DNA of 62,030 bases, filler included. It is 4 parts of 4 records of this genome, joined end to end, with 100 filler letters (N's around TTAATTAATTAA, not from the genome) between each part and the next. Parts side by side here need not be neighbours in the genome. Positions count along the whole stretch, not along the records: positions 1 to 26,362 come from SRR2962707_3153; 3 more parts are not named here. One strand, 5' to 3'. The notes below the pieces were generated by a model. That model was not told where the DNA came from. It saw only the letters and a list, made by a program, of their open reading frames with translations, and searched no databases. The position numbers and the translations under genes are program-made. This document shows positions 1-11,300 of the stretch, in pieces; position 1 is the first letter of the stretch; each line of letters starts with the position of its first letter.

Positions 1-966
1 AAAGAAGGTAAATACAAATACCCAAACAAGATCTACAAAGTGCCAGTATAAACCAACCTTTTCAACCATTTCGTAGTTATTTCTTCTTTCGTAAGTTCCT
101 AAAATAACATTGATAAATATAATGATATTGATAACAACTCCAGAAAGTACGTGGAAACCGTGGAATCCAGTAATAAAGAAGAAGAAATCTGCAAATAAAC
201 GATTTCCATATTCATTATGCACTAGGTTTGCTCCTTCTACCACCATTGCAGCTTGTGCTAGGCGCTCTGCTGTCTGCTCACGCGTAAGAACAACTTTCTT
301 ACCAGTTTCATCAGACATTTCTGTTCTAGCTACAATATTATGATTTGCTTCAAAACCTGCTTTTACTTCTTCTACTGAAAAAGATGGCAATGTAGTTTCC
401 GACATAAACCAAATTCCTTGATTTGATTCTTGCGTAACACGTTCTCCATGTAATGGTTTTGCAAAATCTGCTAACGCTACGCGCTCTCCAGTTGAAGCAT
501 CTAGGAATTGAAGTATTCTTCCTGATTTTAATTCTACTGCTCCAAATTCACCTTTAATAAAGTTTTTCCACTCCCATGCTTGAGAACCAACAAAGATAAT
601 CCCTCCTATAATAGTAAAAAACATATACCATATAACGCGAGTTTTCTTTAATTGATGACCAGCATCTACTGCCAACACCATAGTAACAGAAGAAAAAATA
701 AGGATAAACGTCATCAATGCCACATAGTACATTGGTGCGTCTACGCCATGTAAAAAAGGAAAGTGAGTAAACACTTCATCGGCAATTGGCCATGTTTCGA
801 TAAACTTGTATCGAGAAAAACCGTAAGCGGCTAAAAATCCAGAAAAAGTCAGTGCATCCGATACGATAAAAAACCACATCATCATTTTACCATAACTTGC
901 GCTTAGAGGCTCATTTCCTCCACCCCAAACTTTTTCTTCAGAACCTGTTGTAACAGTAGCTTCCAT
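1..966 (-). CDS. Cytochrome c oxidase subunit III family protein (Bacteroidetes long form), 3' end truncated by window edge
   Basis: Not in ORF track (no stop in window). Manual translation from ATG at 966 gives MEATVTTGSEEKVWGGGNEPLSASYGKMMMWFFIVSDALTF...FFFITGFHGFHV...VEKVGLYWHFVDLVWVFVF, with hallmark COX3 motifs GFHGFHV and YWHFVD. Confidence 0.92.
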   Translation of the reverse strand, partial: MEATVTTGSEEKVWGGGNEPLSASYGKMMMWFFIVSDALTFSGFLAAYGFSRYKFIETWPIADEVFTHFPFLHGVDAPMYYVALMTFILIFSSVTMVLAVDAGHQLKKTRVIWYMFFTIIGGIIFVGSQAWEWKNFIKGEFGAVELKSGRILQFLDASTGERVALADFAKPLHGERVTQESNQGIWFMSETTLPSFSVEEVKAGFEANHNIVARTEMSDETGKKVVLTREQTAERLAQAAMVVEGANLVHNEYGNRLFADFFFFITGFHGFHVLSGVVINIIIFINVILGTYERRNNYEMVEKVGLYWHFVDLVWVFVFTFF

Positions 967-998
967 AAATGTTAAAGTATTCTTATTTTAAAATTTTT

Positions 999-1006
999 CA
1001 AATTTA
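999..1006 (-). promoter_or_regulatory. Bacteroidetes housekeeping -7 promoter element (TAnnTTTG)
   Basis: TAAATTTG on minus strand about 33 nt upstream of the ATG at 966. Confidence 0.5.
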
Positions 1007-1016
1007 CGTTTTTTAT

Positions 1017-1598
1017 TTATCTAAAGAAATAGAAAAATAAAATCAAATATACCCACAAAAAGTCTAAAAAGTGCCAAAACATCGCACCGAGTTCTAAACC
1101 AAGGGTTTGACCGGGTATATATTTTTCTTTAAAATGATTATAAATTACAATAATCAACACTAATAAACCAGCAAATACGTGTACTAAGTGCGAAAACACG
1201 ATGGCATATAAAAAAGATGTGGTAATTGTACTTTCACTTCCTGTGAAATAATAACCTGCATCTATAATTTCCGAAAATCCTTTAAACTGAAAATATACAA
1301 ACAACAATCCTAATACAAAAGTTGCTAATAAAAACCCAGTTGCAGCACTACGATTATTCTTCTCAATGGATTTTTTTACCATATAAAAAGTAATACTACT
1401 TATTATTATTGAAATGGTACTGATAAAAAATGCTGGCGGAATTTCAATACTCGACACCCAATCTGGTCTTGACTTACTTACCACATATGCACTGGTTAAA
1501 CCAGCAAACATCATTGCAATACTAATCATCCCAAACCAAAGCATCATCTTTTTAGCTCTAGCATTTTTTAATTCGCTACTACCTTGCGTTAAATCCAT
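1017..1598 (-). CDS. Cytochrome c oxidase subunit III (short form)
   Basis: Multi-TM protein with SHLVHV and MFWHFLDFLWVYL motifs; lies between cyoE and the second COX3 gene. Confidence 0.9.
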   Translation of the reverse strand: MDLTQGSSELKNARAKKMMLWFGMISIAMMFAGLTSAYVVSKSRPDWVSSIEIPPAFFISTISIIISSITFYMVKKSIEKNNRSAATGFLLATFVLGLLFVYFQFKGFSEIIDAGYYFTGSESTITTSFLYAIVFSHLVHVFAGLLVLIIVIYNHFKEKYIPGQTLGLELGAMFWHFLDFLWVYLILFFYFFR

Positions 1599-2506
1599 TA
1601 ACTTAAAAATTTATCTACTACATATACAATTTGCATTAACGATATATAGCTTACACTTGCCAACATTAATGCTCTTGCCGATTTATTATCCCTTTTTTGA
1701 TACAGCCTAAATGCAAAAACAAGCATTCCAATTCCCATTAAAAATATAATAACTGCGGCTAGAACAGAAAGTGTTAAACTCCCCGTAAGCCCCGTCACTG
1801 GAAACACAGATGCTAATAACATCCAAATAGTATACATTATAATTTGAATAGCAGTTGCTTTGTCTTTTTCCCCAGTAGGCAACATTTTAAAACCAGCTCT
1901 TTTGTAATCTTCATCTAAAAGCCAACCTATAGCCCAAAAATGTGGGAATTGCCAAAAGAACTGAATCATAAATAAAGTTCCTGGCTCTATTCCAAATTCA
2001 TTTGTTGCAGCAACCCAACCTAACATAAAAGGGATTGCTCCTGGAAAGGCTCCAACAAACACCGCTAACGGCGTTTTTGTCTTTAAAGGTGTATAAACAC
2101 AGGTATATAAAAAAATAGAAATAGCTCCAAACATTGCTGTTTTAGGATTAACTACATAAAGTGTAATTACTCCTAAAATGGTAAAAGTAATTGCTATTGT
2201 AAAGGCTACATTAACAGACATTCTTCCAGAAGGAATTGGTCTGTTTTGTGTACGCTTCATCAACGCATCTAAATCTTTTTCTATTAACTGATTAAAAGCA
2301 TTTGAAGCTCCTACCATAAAATAGCCTCCGAAAGCTAAAAGAAGTAAAACTTTCCAACTAAAAGTCTCTGCACCCAATAAATATCCAGCTATGGAAGAAA
2401 AAACCACACTAAATGCGAGACCTGCTTTTGTAATTTGTTTAAAATCATCAAAAATCAGGGAAAATGTATTTGTATTTGTAGTTGTATCCAACGCGGTTTT
2501 CATCAA
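1598..2506 (-). CDS. cyoE: Protoheme IX farnesyltransferase (heme O synthase)
   Basis: NQLIEKDLDALMKRTQNRPIPSGR, YTPLK, GAFPGAIP and WQFPHFWAI motifs of the UbiA-family heme O synthase. Confidence 0.96.
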   Translation of the reverse strand: MMKTALDTTTNTNTFSLIFDDFKQITKAGLAFSVVFSSIAGYLLGAETFSWKVLLLLAFGGYFMVGASNAFNQLIEKDLDALMKRTQNRPIPSGRMSVNVAFTIAITFTILGVITLYVVNPKTAMFGAISIFLYTCVYTPLKTKTPLAVFVGAFPGAIPFMLGWVAATNEFGIEPGTLFMIQFFWQFPHFWAIGWLLDEDYKRAGFKMLPTGEKDKATAIQIIMYTIWMLLASVFPVTGLTGSLTLSVLAAVIIFLMGIGMLVFAFRLYQKRDNKSARALMLASVSYISLMQIVYVVDKFLS

Positions 2507-2524
2507 TCCATTCTAAATCGGGTG

Positions 2525-2532
2525 CAAAGATA
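2525..2532 (-). promoter_or_regulatory. Bacteroidetes -7 promoter element (TATCTTTG) for the cyoE-cox operon
   Basis: Matches TAnnTTTG consensus about 19 nt upstream of the cyoE start. Confidence 0.6.
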
Positions 2533-2667
2533 ACTCACAAAAGGTTTTTATGCAATGATTTAACTAATGAACTCATCCTGATTTTCCCAATTAACTAAAA
2601 AAACACCTTTTTGTACTCGCTTTTTATCTTTTCCAGCTCTGCAACACTGCTATGTTACTCAAAAAAA

Positions 2668-2694
2668 ATACCTCGAGGCAAACCCACGAGGTAT
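2668..2694. repeat. Intergenic hairpin (REP-like or terminator)
   Basis: ATACCTCG-11nt-CGAGGTAT inverted repeat, preceded by an A-run (T-run on minus strand), downstream of tonB. Confidence 0.45.
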
Positions 2695-2833
2695 GAATTG
2701 AAACAAATTTAACTCATTTCAATGTAAAGTTCTTTAATATACTCAGGACAAGCTCTTCGGGATCAAACCCTCCATAAGGAATTAAACACAAAAAAGGCAT
2801 TGCACTACAATTTAAAAATCGCATCCAGTTAAA

Positions 2834-3613
2834 TTACTGCACTTTAAAAATTATAGGTTTTAAAAAAACAACATCAACCTCCTGATTACCCTGTTTCCCG
2901 GGCTTCATCTGAGGTATCAGCCCTGTAACTCGCGCCGCTTCTTTCTCTAATGATTTATGAGGAGCTCGAACTTTAACATCAGAAACTTCTCCTTGTTTAT
3001 TAATCTTAAACTGAACATCTATCCTTAATGTCCCACTCAACCCATAATCTGAAGCTATTGATGCGTCAAAATTTTTCTGAACAATCCTATTAATTTTATC
3101 ACTCATACAATCTCTACGCTCGCTATTTGTTTCCAAAGTTTCACAACCAGGAAAAACAGGAACAAACTCAACAGTATTTATTGAGATAGGACCTATGTCT
3201 TCCACAGGCTCCGCATTAACTATATCGTCTACTGATACTTCTATTTTATCTTCTGATTTATTTAAAAACTCATCTTTAGCATCAATTTTAGTATCATCAT
3301 CTACCACTTTCAATTCATCAATCAATTTTGAAATTTTCGGAAGGTCATTTTTCTGTGTAACTTCTTTAACCTTTTCTACTTCAAAAGCAGGCATTACATA
3401 CACTTTCTCCTCTTCTAACATAGATACTTCAGGTAAATTAGCCGCTTCTGGAATTGCAAATGCAGTTTCGATTAAAAAATAACATCCTACCAAGGCTACT
3501 AACAATCCTATCTGAAAACGAATTACTCCACCTTTAATCTTAAAATCTTTTTTAGAAGCTCTTGATGAGCGGTCTTTAACAACTTCGGATTCTTTTTTTG
3601 TAAAATCTTTCAT
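2834..3613 (-). CDS. Energy transducer TonB family protein (paralog without poly-Pro)
   Basis: N-terminal TM (QIGLLVALVGCYFLIE), VPVFPGC, and a TonB C-terminal domain (FKINKQGEV...LEKEAARV...MKPGKQ). Confidence 0.85.
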   Translation of the reverse strand: MKDFTKKESEVVKDRSSRASKKDFKIKGGVIRFQIGLLVALVGCYFLIETAFAIPEAANLPEVSMLEEEKVYVMPAFEVEKVKEVTQKNDLPKISKLIDELKVVDDDTKIDAKDEFLNKSEDKIEVSVDDIVNAEPVEDIGPISINTVEFVPVFPGCETLETNSERRDCMSDKINRIVQKNFDASIASDYGLSGTLRIDVQFKINKQGEVSDVKVRAPHKSLEKEAARVTGLIPQMKPGKQGNQEVDVVFLKPIIFKVQ

Positions 3614-3674
3614 AAATATATGGTTTTAAAATAGTTAACTTCAAAACCATATTCAAGAAACGTACCAAAAATAA

Positions 3675-3703
3675 AAAAGCCCGAGTTTTAAACTCAGGCT
3701 TTT
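3675..3703 (-). terminator. Rho-independent terminator after tonB
   Basis: AAAAGCCCGAGTT..AACTCAGGCTTTT imperfect hairpin with a T-tract on the minus strand. Confidence 0.65.
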
Positions 3704-3725
3704 AAAAATATTATATAAAACTAAA

Positions 3726-4436
3726 TTAGTTTAATTTAAATACAATTGGGTAAGCAAATGTTACTGGTGTTGGTCTACCTCTTTGTTTACCAGGGATAAG
3801 TTTAGGCAATTTATTAATAATTCTTCTTGCCTCTTCATCTAAACTCTTATCTGGAGCTCTTGTATTAAGAATAGTAATAGTACCATCTTTATTAATACGG
3901 AAGTTTACATACACTCTACCTTGAATCCCCATTTCTTGAGCCATATCAGGGTAACGGAATGTTTTTCTTACGTGCTTATCAAGATTTTCTTTAAAACAAG
4001 TAAATTGCTGTGCTTTAGGAACACCTTTACAGTCTTCAAACATTGGTTTATCCTCAATAACTGTAAAAGGTACATCAACATCAATAGGCTCTTCAACCTC
4101 AACAATGTCTTCAACTTCTGCAATCTCTTCTTCTTGAGTAGTTTCAGTAGATTCAATAACTGTTTCCTCTACTTCTTCTTCATCTTCTACAACTTCAATA
4201 ACCTCTGGTGCCGCTGGTGGCGGTGGAGGTGGTGGAGTTTTAATTTGCTCCGTCAAAGGCACTTCTTCCTCTAACTGCTCATCAACATCCATAGTATAAT
4301 TAAAAGCTTCTACTTTGTCGTATTTTTTCCATTCGATTGCTTGCCAACACACAAACGAGATGATAGCTAGCCCGATAGCAAAGTATAAACCGCTATTACG
4401 AGTTAAGTCAGCTTTTGGATTCTTTTTAGGTTCCAT
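3726..4436 (-). CDS. tonB: Energy transducer TonB
   Basis: MEPKKNPKADL start, single TM, PPPPPPP linker, acidic stretch and TonB_C domain (YPDMAQEMGIQGRVYVNF...PGKQRGRP). Confidence 0.93.
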   Translation of the reverse strand: MEPKKNPKADLTRNSGLYFAIGLAIISFVCWQAIEWKKYDKVEAFNYTMDVDEQLEEEVPLTEQIKTPPPPPPPAAPEVIEVVEDEEEVEETVIESTETTQEEEIAEVEDIVEVEEPIDVDVPFTVIEDKPMFEDCKGVPKAQQFTCFKENLDKHVRKTFRYPDMAQEMGIQGRVYVNFRINKDGTITILNTRAPDKSLDEEARRIINKLPKLIPGKQRGRPTPVTFAYPIVFKLN

Positions 4437-4500
4437 AATCTATATATTTGTTTGCTAATTTAATTATTTATTTGTGTAATTTCCAATTAAATTTCCTTTT

Positions 4501-4896
4501 TTAACGCAATCTTCTTGCTAAATAAAAGTTTATCAAAAAGATAGCTATTAAAATTCCTACTAAATTTGCGATAATATCTCTCAAATCAAAGGATCTTTCG
4601 TATGGTAATACATATTGTAATAACTCAATAATTATACCATAAGCAAAAGAAAACAGAGAAACTTTAGAAATTGCTCTTTTTAAATTGATTTTTTTAAAGT
4701 AACAATAGAATAAAACTGTGTTTACAAAGTAAAAGACACCATGTACTAGTTTATCTGAAACTTCAATCCCCGATTCGACTTCTTTTACAATTTCAACGGA
4801 AACTAAACTTGCTACTGTAATACAAAACAGCCATAAAACGGCTAAAAAAAGATACCAATTTTTATTAAGCTCCAATAAGTTCTTTATAATCGGCAT
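4501..4896 (-). CDS. VanZ family membrane protein
   Basis: [13 protein letters not shown] and [14 protein letters not shown] motifs. Confidence 0.85.
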   Translation of the reverse strand: MPIIKNLLELNKNWYLFLAVLWLFCITVASLVSVEIVKEVESGIEVSDKLVHGVFYFVNTVLFYCYFKKINLKRAISKVSLFSFAYGIIIELLQYVLPYERSFDLRDIIANLVGILIAIFLINFYLARRLR

Positions 4897-5245
4897 CGCT
4901 CAATAAATCTTCAACTTCAGAAGCATCAGAAATTTTAATTTTAATCATCCAACCGTCTCCATAAGGATCTGAATTTACTTTTTCTGGCTCATCTTCTAGA
5001 GACTCATTAAACGCTATAATTTCACCAGAAAGTGGCAAAAATAAATCTGAAACTGTTTTTACAGCTTCAACTGTCCCGAAAATCTCTTCTCTTTCTAGAG
5101 TTTCATCTACGGTTTCTACTTCTACGTAAACGATGTCTCCAAGTTCACCTTGAGCAAAATCTGTAACTCCTACGGTAGCTACATCGCCCTCTATTTTAAC
5201 CCATTCGTGGTCTTTTGTGTATTTTAATTCTGAAGGAATGTTCAT
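4865..5245 (-). CDS. gcvH: Glycine cleavage system H protein
   Basis: [23 protein letters not shown], lipoyl-lysine motif EAVKT and [10 protein letters not shown]. Confidence 0.98.
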   Translation of the reverse strand: MNIPSELKYTKDHEWVKIEGDVATVGVTDFAQGELGDIVYVEVETVDETLEREEIFGTVEAVKTVSDLFLPLSGEIIAFNESLEDEPEKVNSDPYGDGWMIKIKISDASEVEDLLSDADYKELIGA

Positions 5246-5275
5246 AAAAAATAAAATATTATAATATTAGCTCGA

Positions 5276-5283
5276 CAAATGTA
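5276..5283 (-). promoter_or_regulatory. Bacteroidetes -7 promoter element (TACATTTG) upstream of gcvH
   Basis: TAnnTTTG match 30 nt upstream of the start. Confidence 0.55.
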
Positions 5284-5317
5284 ATTCTTTATACTAATGA
5301 TTTCAAACAGAAAGTTG

Positions 5318-8300
5318 TTAATTTCCAAAATTATATCGTAATGTAAACCCAGTACGAATAGTAGTTTGCGGAAATGCAGTGGAAACTTTAAACTCTGAGA
5401 ACGTATGATCGTAAAAGAAAAGTGTTGTTAAATTCTTGGTAAGCGCATAATCTGCAGTAAACTTAAGTGCCCAAATATTCTGCCCTGCTGTTACTTGATT
5501 TGTATTGATATCTAAATTTCTAATAACCGTTATATTGTCTCGTAACGATAAATCTGCTTTTAAATTTAAATCGCCTTTCAGTACATTTCTTCTTCCTCCA
5601 ATATTAGTTACAAACCTAAGATCTGGAATTCTATATCCTAAACCAACAACATATTCATTCCCTGCCATTTCAGTAAGTAAATTATTATCAAAACTTAAAG
5701 AAAGCGCTCTATCCTTTCTCATTTCTGCTAAAACACTTACAGAATTATTCATTTCAAAATCCATTCTAATCAGTGGATTGAATTGCTCTACCAAGGTTGC
5801 ATTGGTGTATAAAATTTCATTTTTATAGTTTCCTGATTGATCAAACTGACTTCCTTTTCCGTAATCCAAATTTGATCTAAAACTATTAATACTATAACTA
5901 GAACGATACCCGTGCGCCAAAGAAAAACGTCTAAAATTATCTTTAAACCATTGCATCCGCATAAGTCCAGTATACTTTACCGTCCAATTTGGTATTGGAG
6001 TATCTCTAAAAGCTCCTAAAGAGACACTACTTGCATTTTTACCAGTATAAGCGGCTATAAATGCAGGTAATAATACAGCTTGATTGGTTGGCCCATACCC
6101 AACAGGATAGTCAGCAGCATCTGGGTTTTCTGGTTCTCCAGCCAAGCGTTGGGCTATTAAAATTCTATTTTTACTGAATTGATTAAATGTTTCTGATGAT
6201 TCTTCTTTAGTTTGATCAAAAGAAGTACCTATCATTATTGTAGAAATTGAGAAATCTCCATATTGATTTTGAATAAGCGCATTATAGTCAAAAATCCCAT
6301 CTCCATTTATATCTTCAATTTTATAGTTTTCAGCATACGATTCGGAATACTGCCTATCTGCTACCAAATCGATAGTTAAATCTCTAAAGGGCTGAACGTT
6401 TGCAGAAATATTCAATTGCGTAGCTTCTCTCGACATATATTGCTGGTTAAATTCTGGAAAGGTAGTTAACCATCCTTTTTGGGCGGCTTCATAACGAACA
6501 TCAGACTGACTTCCGAAAACAAACCCCCATGAAGGACGCAATGTTCCTATAAAACCAACCGACTCCGTATATCCCGGCAACACTTTTCCTGTGTTGGAAG
6601 TATAACTAAGATTGATTCTTTTAACCATGGTTACCAAGTCTATCATTGTATTGTAACCTCCATACTTTTTAGTCTTAATTTCCGCTGGCGCTTGTTCTTG
6701 ATCTGGATCGGCAATTGGTAAAGCCCCTCTAGAAGACTGATTTGCAGTAGTACCTGTTTTTCTTTTTAACCCGAGATAAGAATAGAGTTTATCCATTCCA
6801 AAAGAAGCATTTAAATTATGAGTACTTGCATTTTGAATTGTATTTAAATCTTCGCCTGCTACTTCATTTAAAACCTCACTTCCACGTTGCCAATCAAAAT
6901 CTCCCGTATAGGCATAAGTTGCGGTAATAAAATTTAAAAACGGAATCTTATCCAGCGGAATATCATAATTTAATTGAAGTTGCTGCATATGCCTATTTGG
7001 ATCTCCAACATTCCAAAAACCATCCCACAGAGCGAGATCTCTATTTACAATCTGATCTCCATTTTCGTCTTCTTCAAAATAATTCTTTATAATATGATTG
7101 TTGGCAGCTGTAAAATTAAACTGCAACGACTTTGTCAAATTATAATTTACTGCATATTGCCAATCGAATAAATAATTTCGTTGCTGCACTTCTGGTAATC
7201 CTAATAGATTAGAAGAATCTCCTGCAGCTAAAACTTGTCTAAAAGATTGTCTATTTAAAGTCCTTGTTATATTTGAATTTAAGGAAACACTTGTTGGAAG
7301 TAAATTGAAATTAAATTCTTTTAACCAATCCCAATACTTACTTTTTAAAATAGAATCCGAATTCTTTAAAGGCACCACCTCCAATGGCTTAAAGTTATGA
7401 TTATATAAAAACCCTGTTCTTACATTTTGATCCCTTAATCGTTCAATTTCATAATCTCTATGCTCTACTTGGTTGTAAGCAAAATTAAAAGTGAAGTTCT
7501 CAATACCGTATACCGTTGGTTTTTGCTCTTCTCCTCTATTTTTTCGAACTCCAATAAAGTTTATACTCTTTCTTTTTGTATAATCTTCAGCTTGATTTCT
7601 TATTTGCTCTCTTTCTTGAGTACTCGTTGCTGCATCCAGTCTATCATCTAATTTTATATCTTGGTATAAAGGATCAAACTCTGGAGTAATTAATTCTTCA
7701 GAAACACTATAATTCATAGGCACTTGAACCCCCCAATTTTTAGGTAGTAATTGTCCCAAATTAACATTACTATTAAGTGCATAACCAACCACATCTTCAC
7801 GACTTCTTTCATTTGGAGTCTGATCTATACTTCCAAATCCAGAAGTACTCATATTCCCAGTAGCCGAAACATTCGCAAAATCAGCCACGTTTAAATCCAT
7901 TGCTGCTATTGCCGCCCATCCTCCTTCGTTATCTAATTCTGCCAAACGCAATTCGTTAAACCAAACCTCTCCACAAACATCATCTCCAACAGCCGAACTT
8001 GGATTTTTCACCCCAACCATAGCGGCTCTAATATTTCCTAAACTAGGATTCCCTTTTACCGCAACTCGCATATCTCCAAGCTCTCGAGGTGCAAATTCAT
8101 CAATTTCATTCCCTTCTTCATCATAATAAGTTACCTCTTGAAGCGATCCATTAGCTATTCCGGCAGCTTTAATTTTTGAAAGTAAAGAAAGCGGTAAATC
8201 AATACTATTTATATCAGGCCAAATTGTTGATGGATCTGTAGTCCCTCCAGGAGTTATCTGTAAAGGAACTTCTACTTGATAATAATTCTCTGTAAAATCT

Positions 8301-11300
8301 GTTCCTATTCTTAAAAAAGCAACCAAATCTCCATCTGCTACCGGATTGGTTTTATATTGCTCTGCATGAACAAACATTTTTAAGCGCTTATACTGTCTAA
8401 TATCAATATTAATACTTTTAAATACTCCTCGAGAATCTTCTGGTTCTAAGTCGCAAACGGCAAACGAAAGTGATTGTTCGTTCTGACGTATAATTGTATT
8501 GTTATTATTTAATTGTTCTCTAACAACCCCTGGCGGCAATCTATATGGAATAGGATCTCTTTGTTCGTTTTCTTGAATATTTACGGTATTTACATCCACA
8601 AAAGTACCATCGTCATCTGGATCTGGATCGTCTTCTGGCTGTAAACTTTGAGAGTAGTTTCTCCAATCTCCACGTACTAAGTCTAAGGTTCCAAAACGCA
8701 ATACAATAGGATCATTAAATCCTGCCATAAACATTCTCATAAAACTGATAGATCGGATATCGGTAATTCCTCCTATAGCCTCATCATATTCATCAATAGG
8801 AACTTTAAATTGAATCCACCGCACACGGTAATTATCATTATTTGGTGTTTCCACCTCAACCTCTTTAATGTCTGTAACAAAAGGGTCGGTACGTTGAATA
8901 TTTGGCCCAATTGGAATTCTATACTGAAAATAACTATCCACCGTATTCATCGTTAAATCACGATCAACATCTTCCACATCTGGTAAAGTTGTAGAACCTC
9001 TATTATTATTTCCTACTTGTACAGGAGAATTTCCTTGCGGATTATTATAATTATAATATCTATTTAAGATGTCTCCAGTAGCTTCTAAATAAAACTGGTA
9101 GTTATCTAAAGCTGGATCTGGCCCTGGATTATTATAAAAATTAGCCTCTTGATCATCTAAAAGTCCATCATAACCAGCATCTTGAATATTTCTATTGGAA
9201 GTATCTGCATTAAAAGCATAGACTAAAGATTGTGTTGAAGGTACTCTACCAAAAGAGGTAGTATTTACTAACGCAGGGTTACTTTCTACTGGCAATCCAT
9301 TTTCATACTGCTTCCTTCCATCTTTTAAAATATCTTCACTTATATTCCCTAAATTAAATACAAGTTCTCCACTTCCACCCGTTGTTGGACCATCTTCATA
9401 ATAAGGATCTAAAAGCCAAAATTGGATATACTCAACATTAGATTGCTCAAAATTTGTACTATTAACAGAGCGCATAATTCCTCCCCAACGTTCTTGAGCT
9501 GGAAGTGTTTCGAAATTAGCATTATCGTTATACTGTCCTTTCTCTCCAGGATAATATGCAACATCTAAAGTAGGCTGTACCAATGTTTGACCTTGTGCTA
9601 CATCTTGCTGAGGAAAAATTTCATCAATAAAAATTCGTCGTGTTTGATTTGTAGAGATATCATCATCCGTAATTCCTCCTGGACGTTGGTTACTATAAAA
9701 AATTGGATCAATAGTATACCATGCCATTTTTGCCCGTTTTGCTCTAGAGGCTATATTATCATTTTCAATTTCTCCTCCATATCCTATTGGAGCACTTGCT
9801 AAAGACCAAGCTAAAGAGGATCTAATATCTATAAATGCCTGAGCTCCCTCAAAATCGTCTAAATATGAGGTTGTTTCCCCATCAAAGTCGGAACTCTTTG
9901 GTGAGCCTGGCAATAAATAAGCAAAATCTCCACGTACAGACAGGTTAGACGCTACATCGGTATCTATATTCGGAAGTTTATTTACTAACCTAGTTAAAAA
10001 AGGAAGCTCTTTAGAATAGTTTCCATTTAAACCAAGAATGGTATTATTTACAGGTTCAATTCCGAAGTTTGATTTTTGTGTTAACGGACGCTCACTCATA
10101 TTTAAAAACGTACCTCCTAACATAAAATCTTCGTTAAATTGATGCTCTATATGAACTCCTGAAAATCTTCTAGTTTGTTGTCCAAAAACGGCATTGTTTT
10201 CCACAGACACTTCAATTGGAACATTGGATGCTCGTAGGCCTTCATCTAAAATCTGAACTGTTCCCGCCTGATAATTTACTGTATAATCAATTCCTTCTTG
10301 AAGCACTCTTCCGCCAGCAGTAACTCTTACAGAACCTCGGGGAACATTAAAAGCACCTAATGGAATTCCTCCAGAACTTTCTGCTTTATAACGCCCTTTA
10401 AGCATAAACTTATTTTTCTCAGCACTTTCTAAAGAAGCAGCTTTTGTAAGTTTATACATGTTTCGATACACATATTGCGCTTGATTGTCATTATTAGGAG
10501 TAAAATTAGGATCATCATAGTTATTTCCTCCTCCTAAAACATCATATAAAAACTCTCCAAAAGGTTCTACTTTTGTAAACTTTATTAAGCCATTTTGTAC
10601 ATCTACAGTTACACCAGGCAGGAAGTCGAAGAAACCATCTCCACCATTCTGCGGATCGTTATACACATTTAATCTGTCAAAATTAAAAACATCTAGCAAT
10701 ATTCTATCTTCCAATCCTTGCGGCCAAGTAGCATCGTCTACCGGAGTGATGTAATTTATTGGTGAAGGATCTGTATATAAAATATTCATTCTGAAATCTT
10801 CTTGAGAAAGCTGATATGCTCCTGTTGAGTAGAAGTTTTTCATCATTAAATCCCATATAGGGTCGCTAACATTGGTAATATTACTTTTCAGCATTTTTAA
10901 AACTAACGCCTGAGGATTTACTTGCGTTACCACCCCATTTGTTTCTTCAAACTCAGTAGCATTTACCCCATCATTTGCAAATTCCCCCACTTGATACACT
11001 TCCCCTTGATAGGTATATTGGAATGCAACAGCTAAAACCTCATCATTACTTAATCTTTGGTTTAAGGAGATATAACCGAGTTGTGTATCTACTGTGTATT
11101 CACGATTTGGCTCTAATTTTCTAGCATTTTCTAAGATAGAATAATCAAACCCCTGACTCGGATTATAGCCAGCAACATTAAATCCTTGCTGAACAGTAGC
11201 TATATCCCTAATAGATTCTGTCAACGCAGAACCAGCTCCCCCTATATTAAAAGGGTCGTAAGCATTGGAGGCATTTCGGGGTAAGTTATTAATAGTACCA

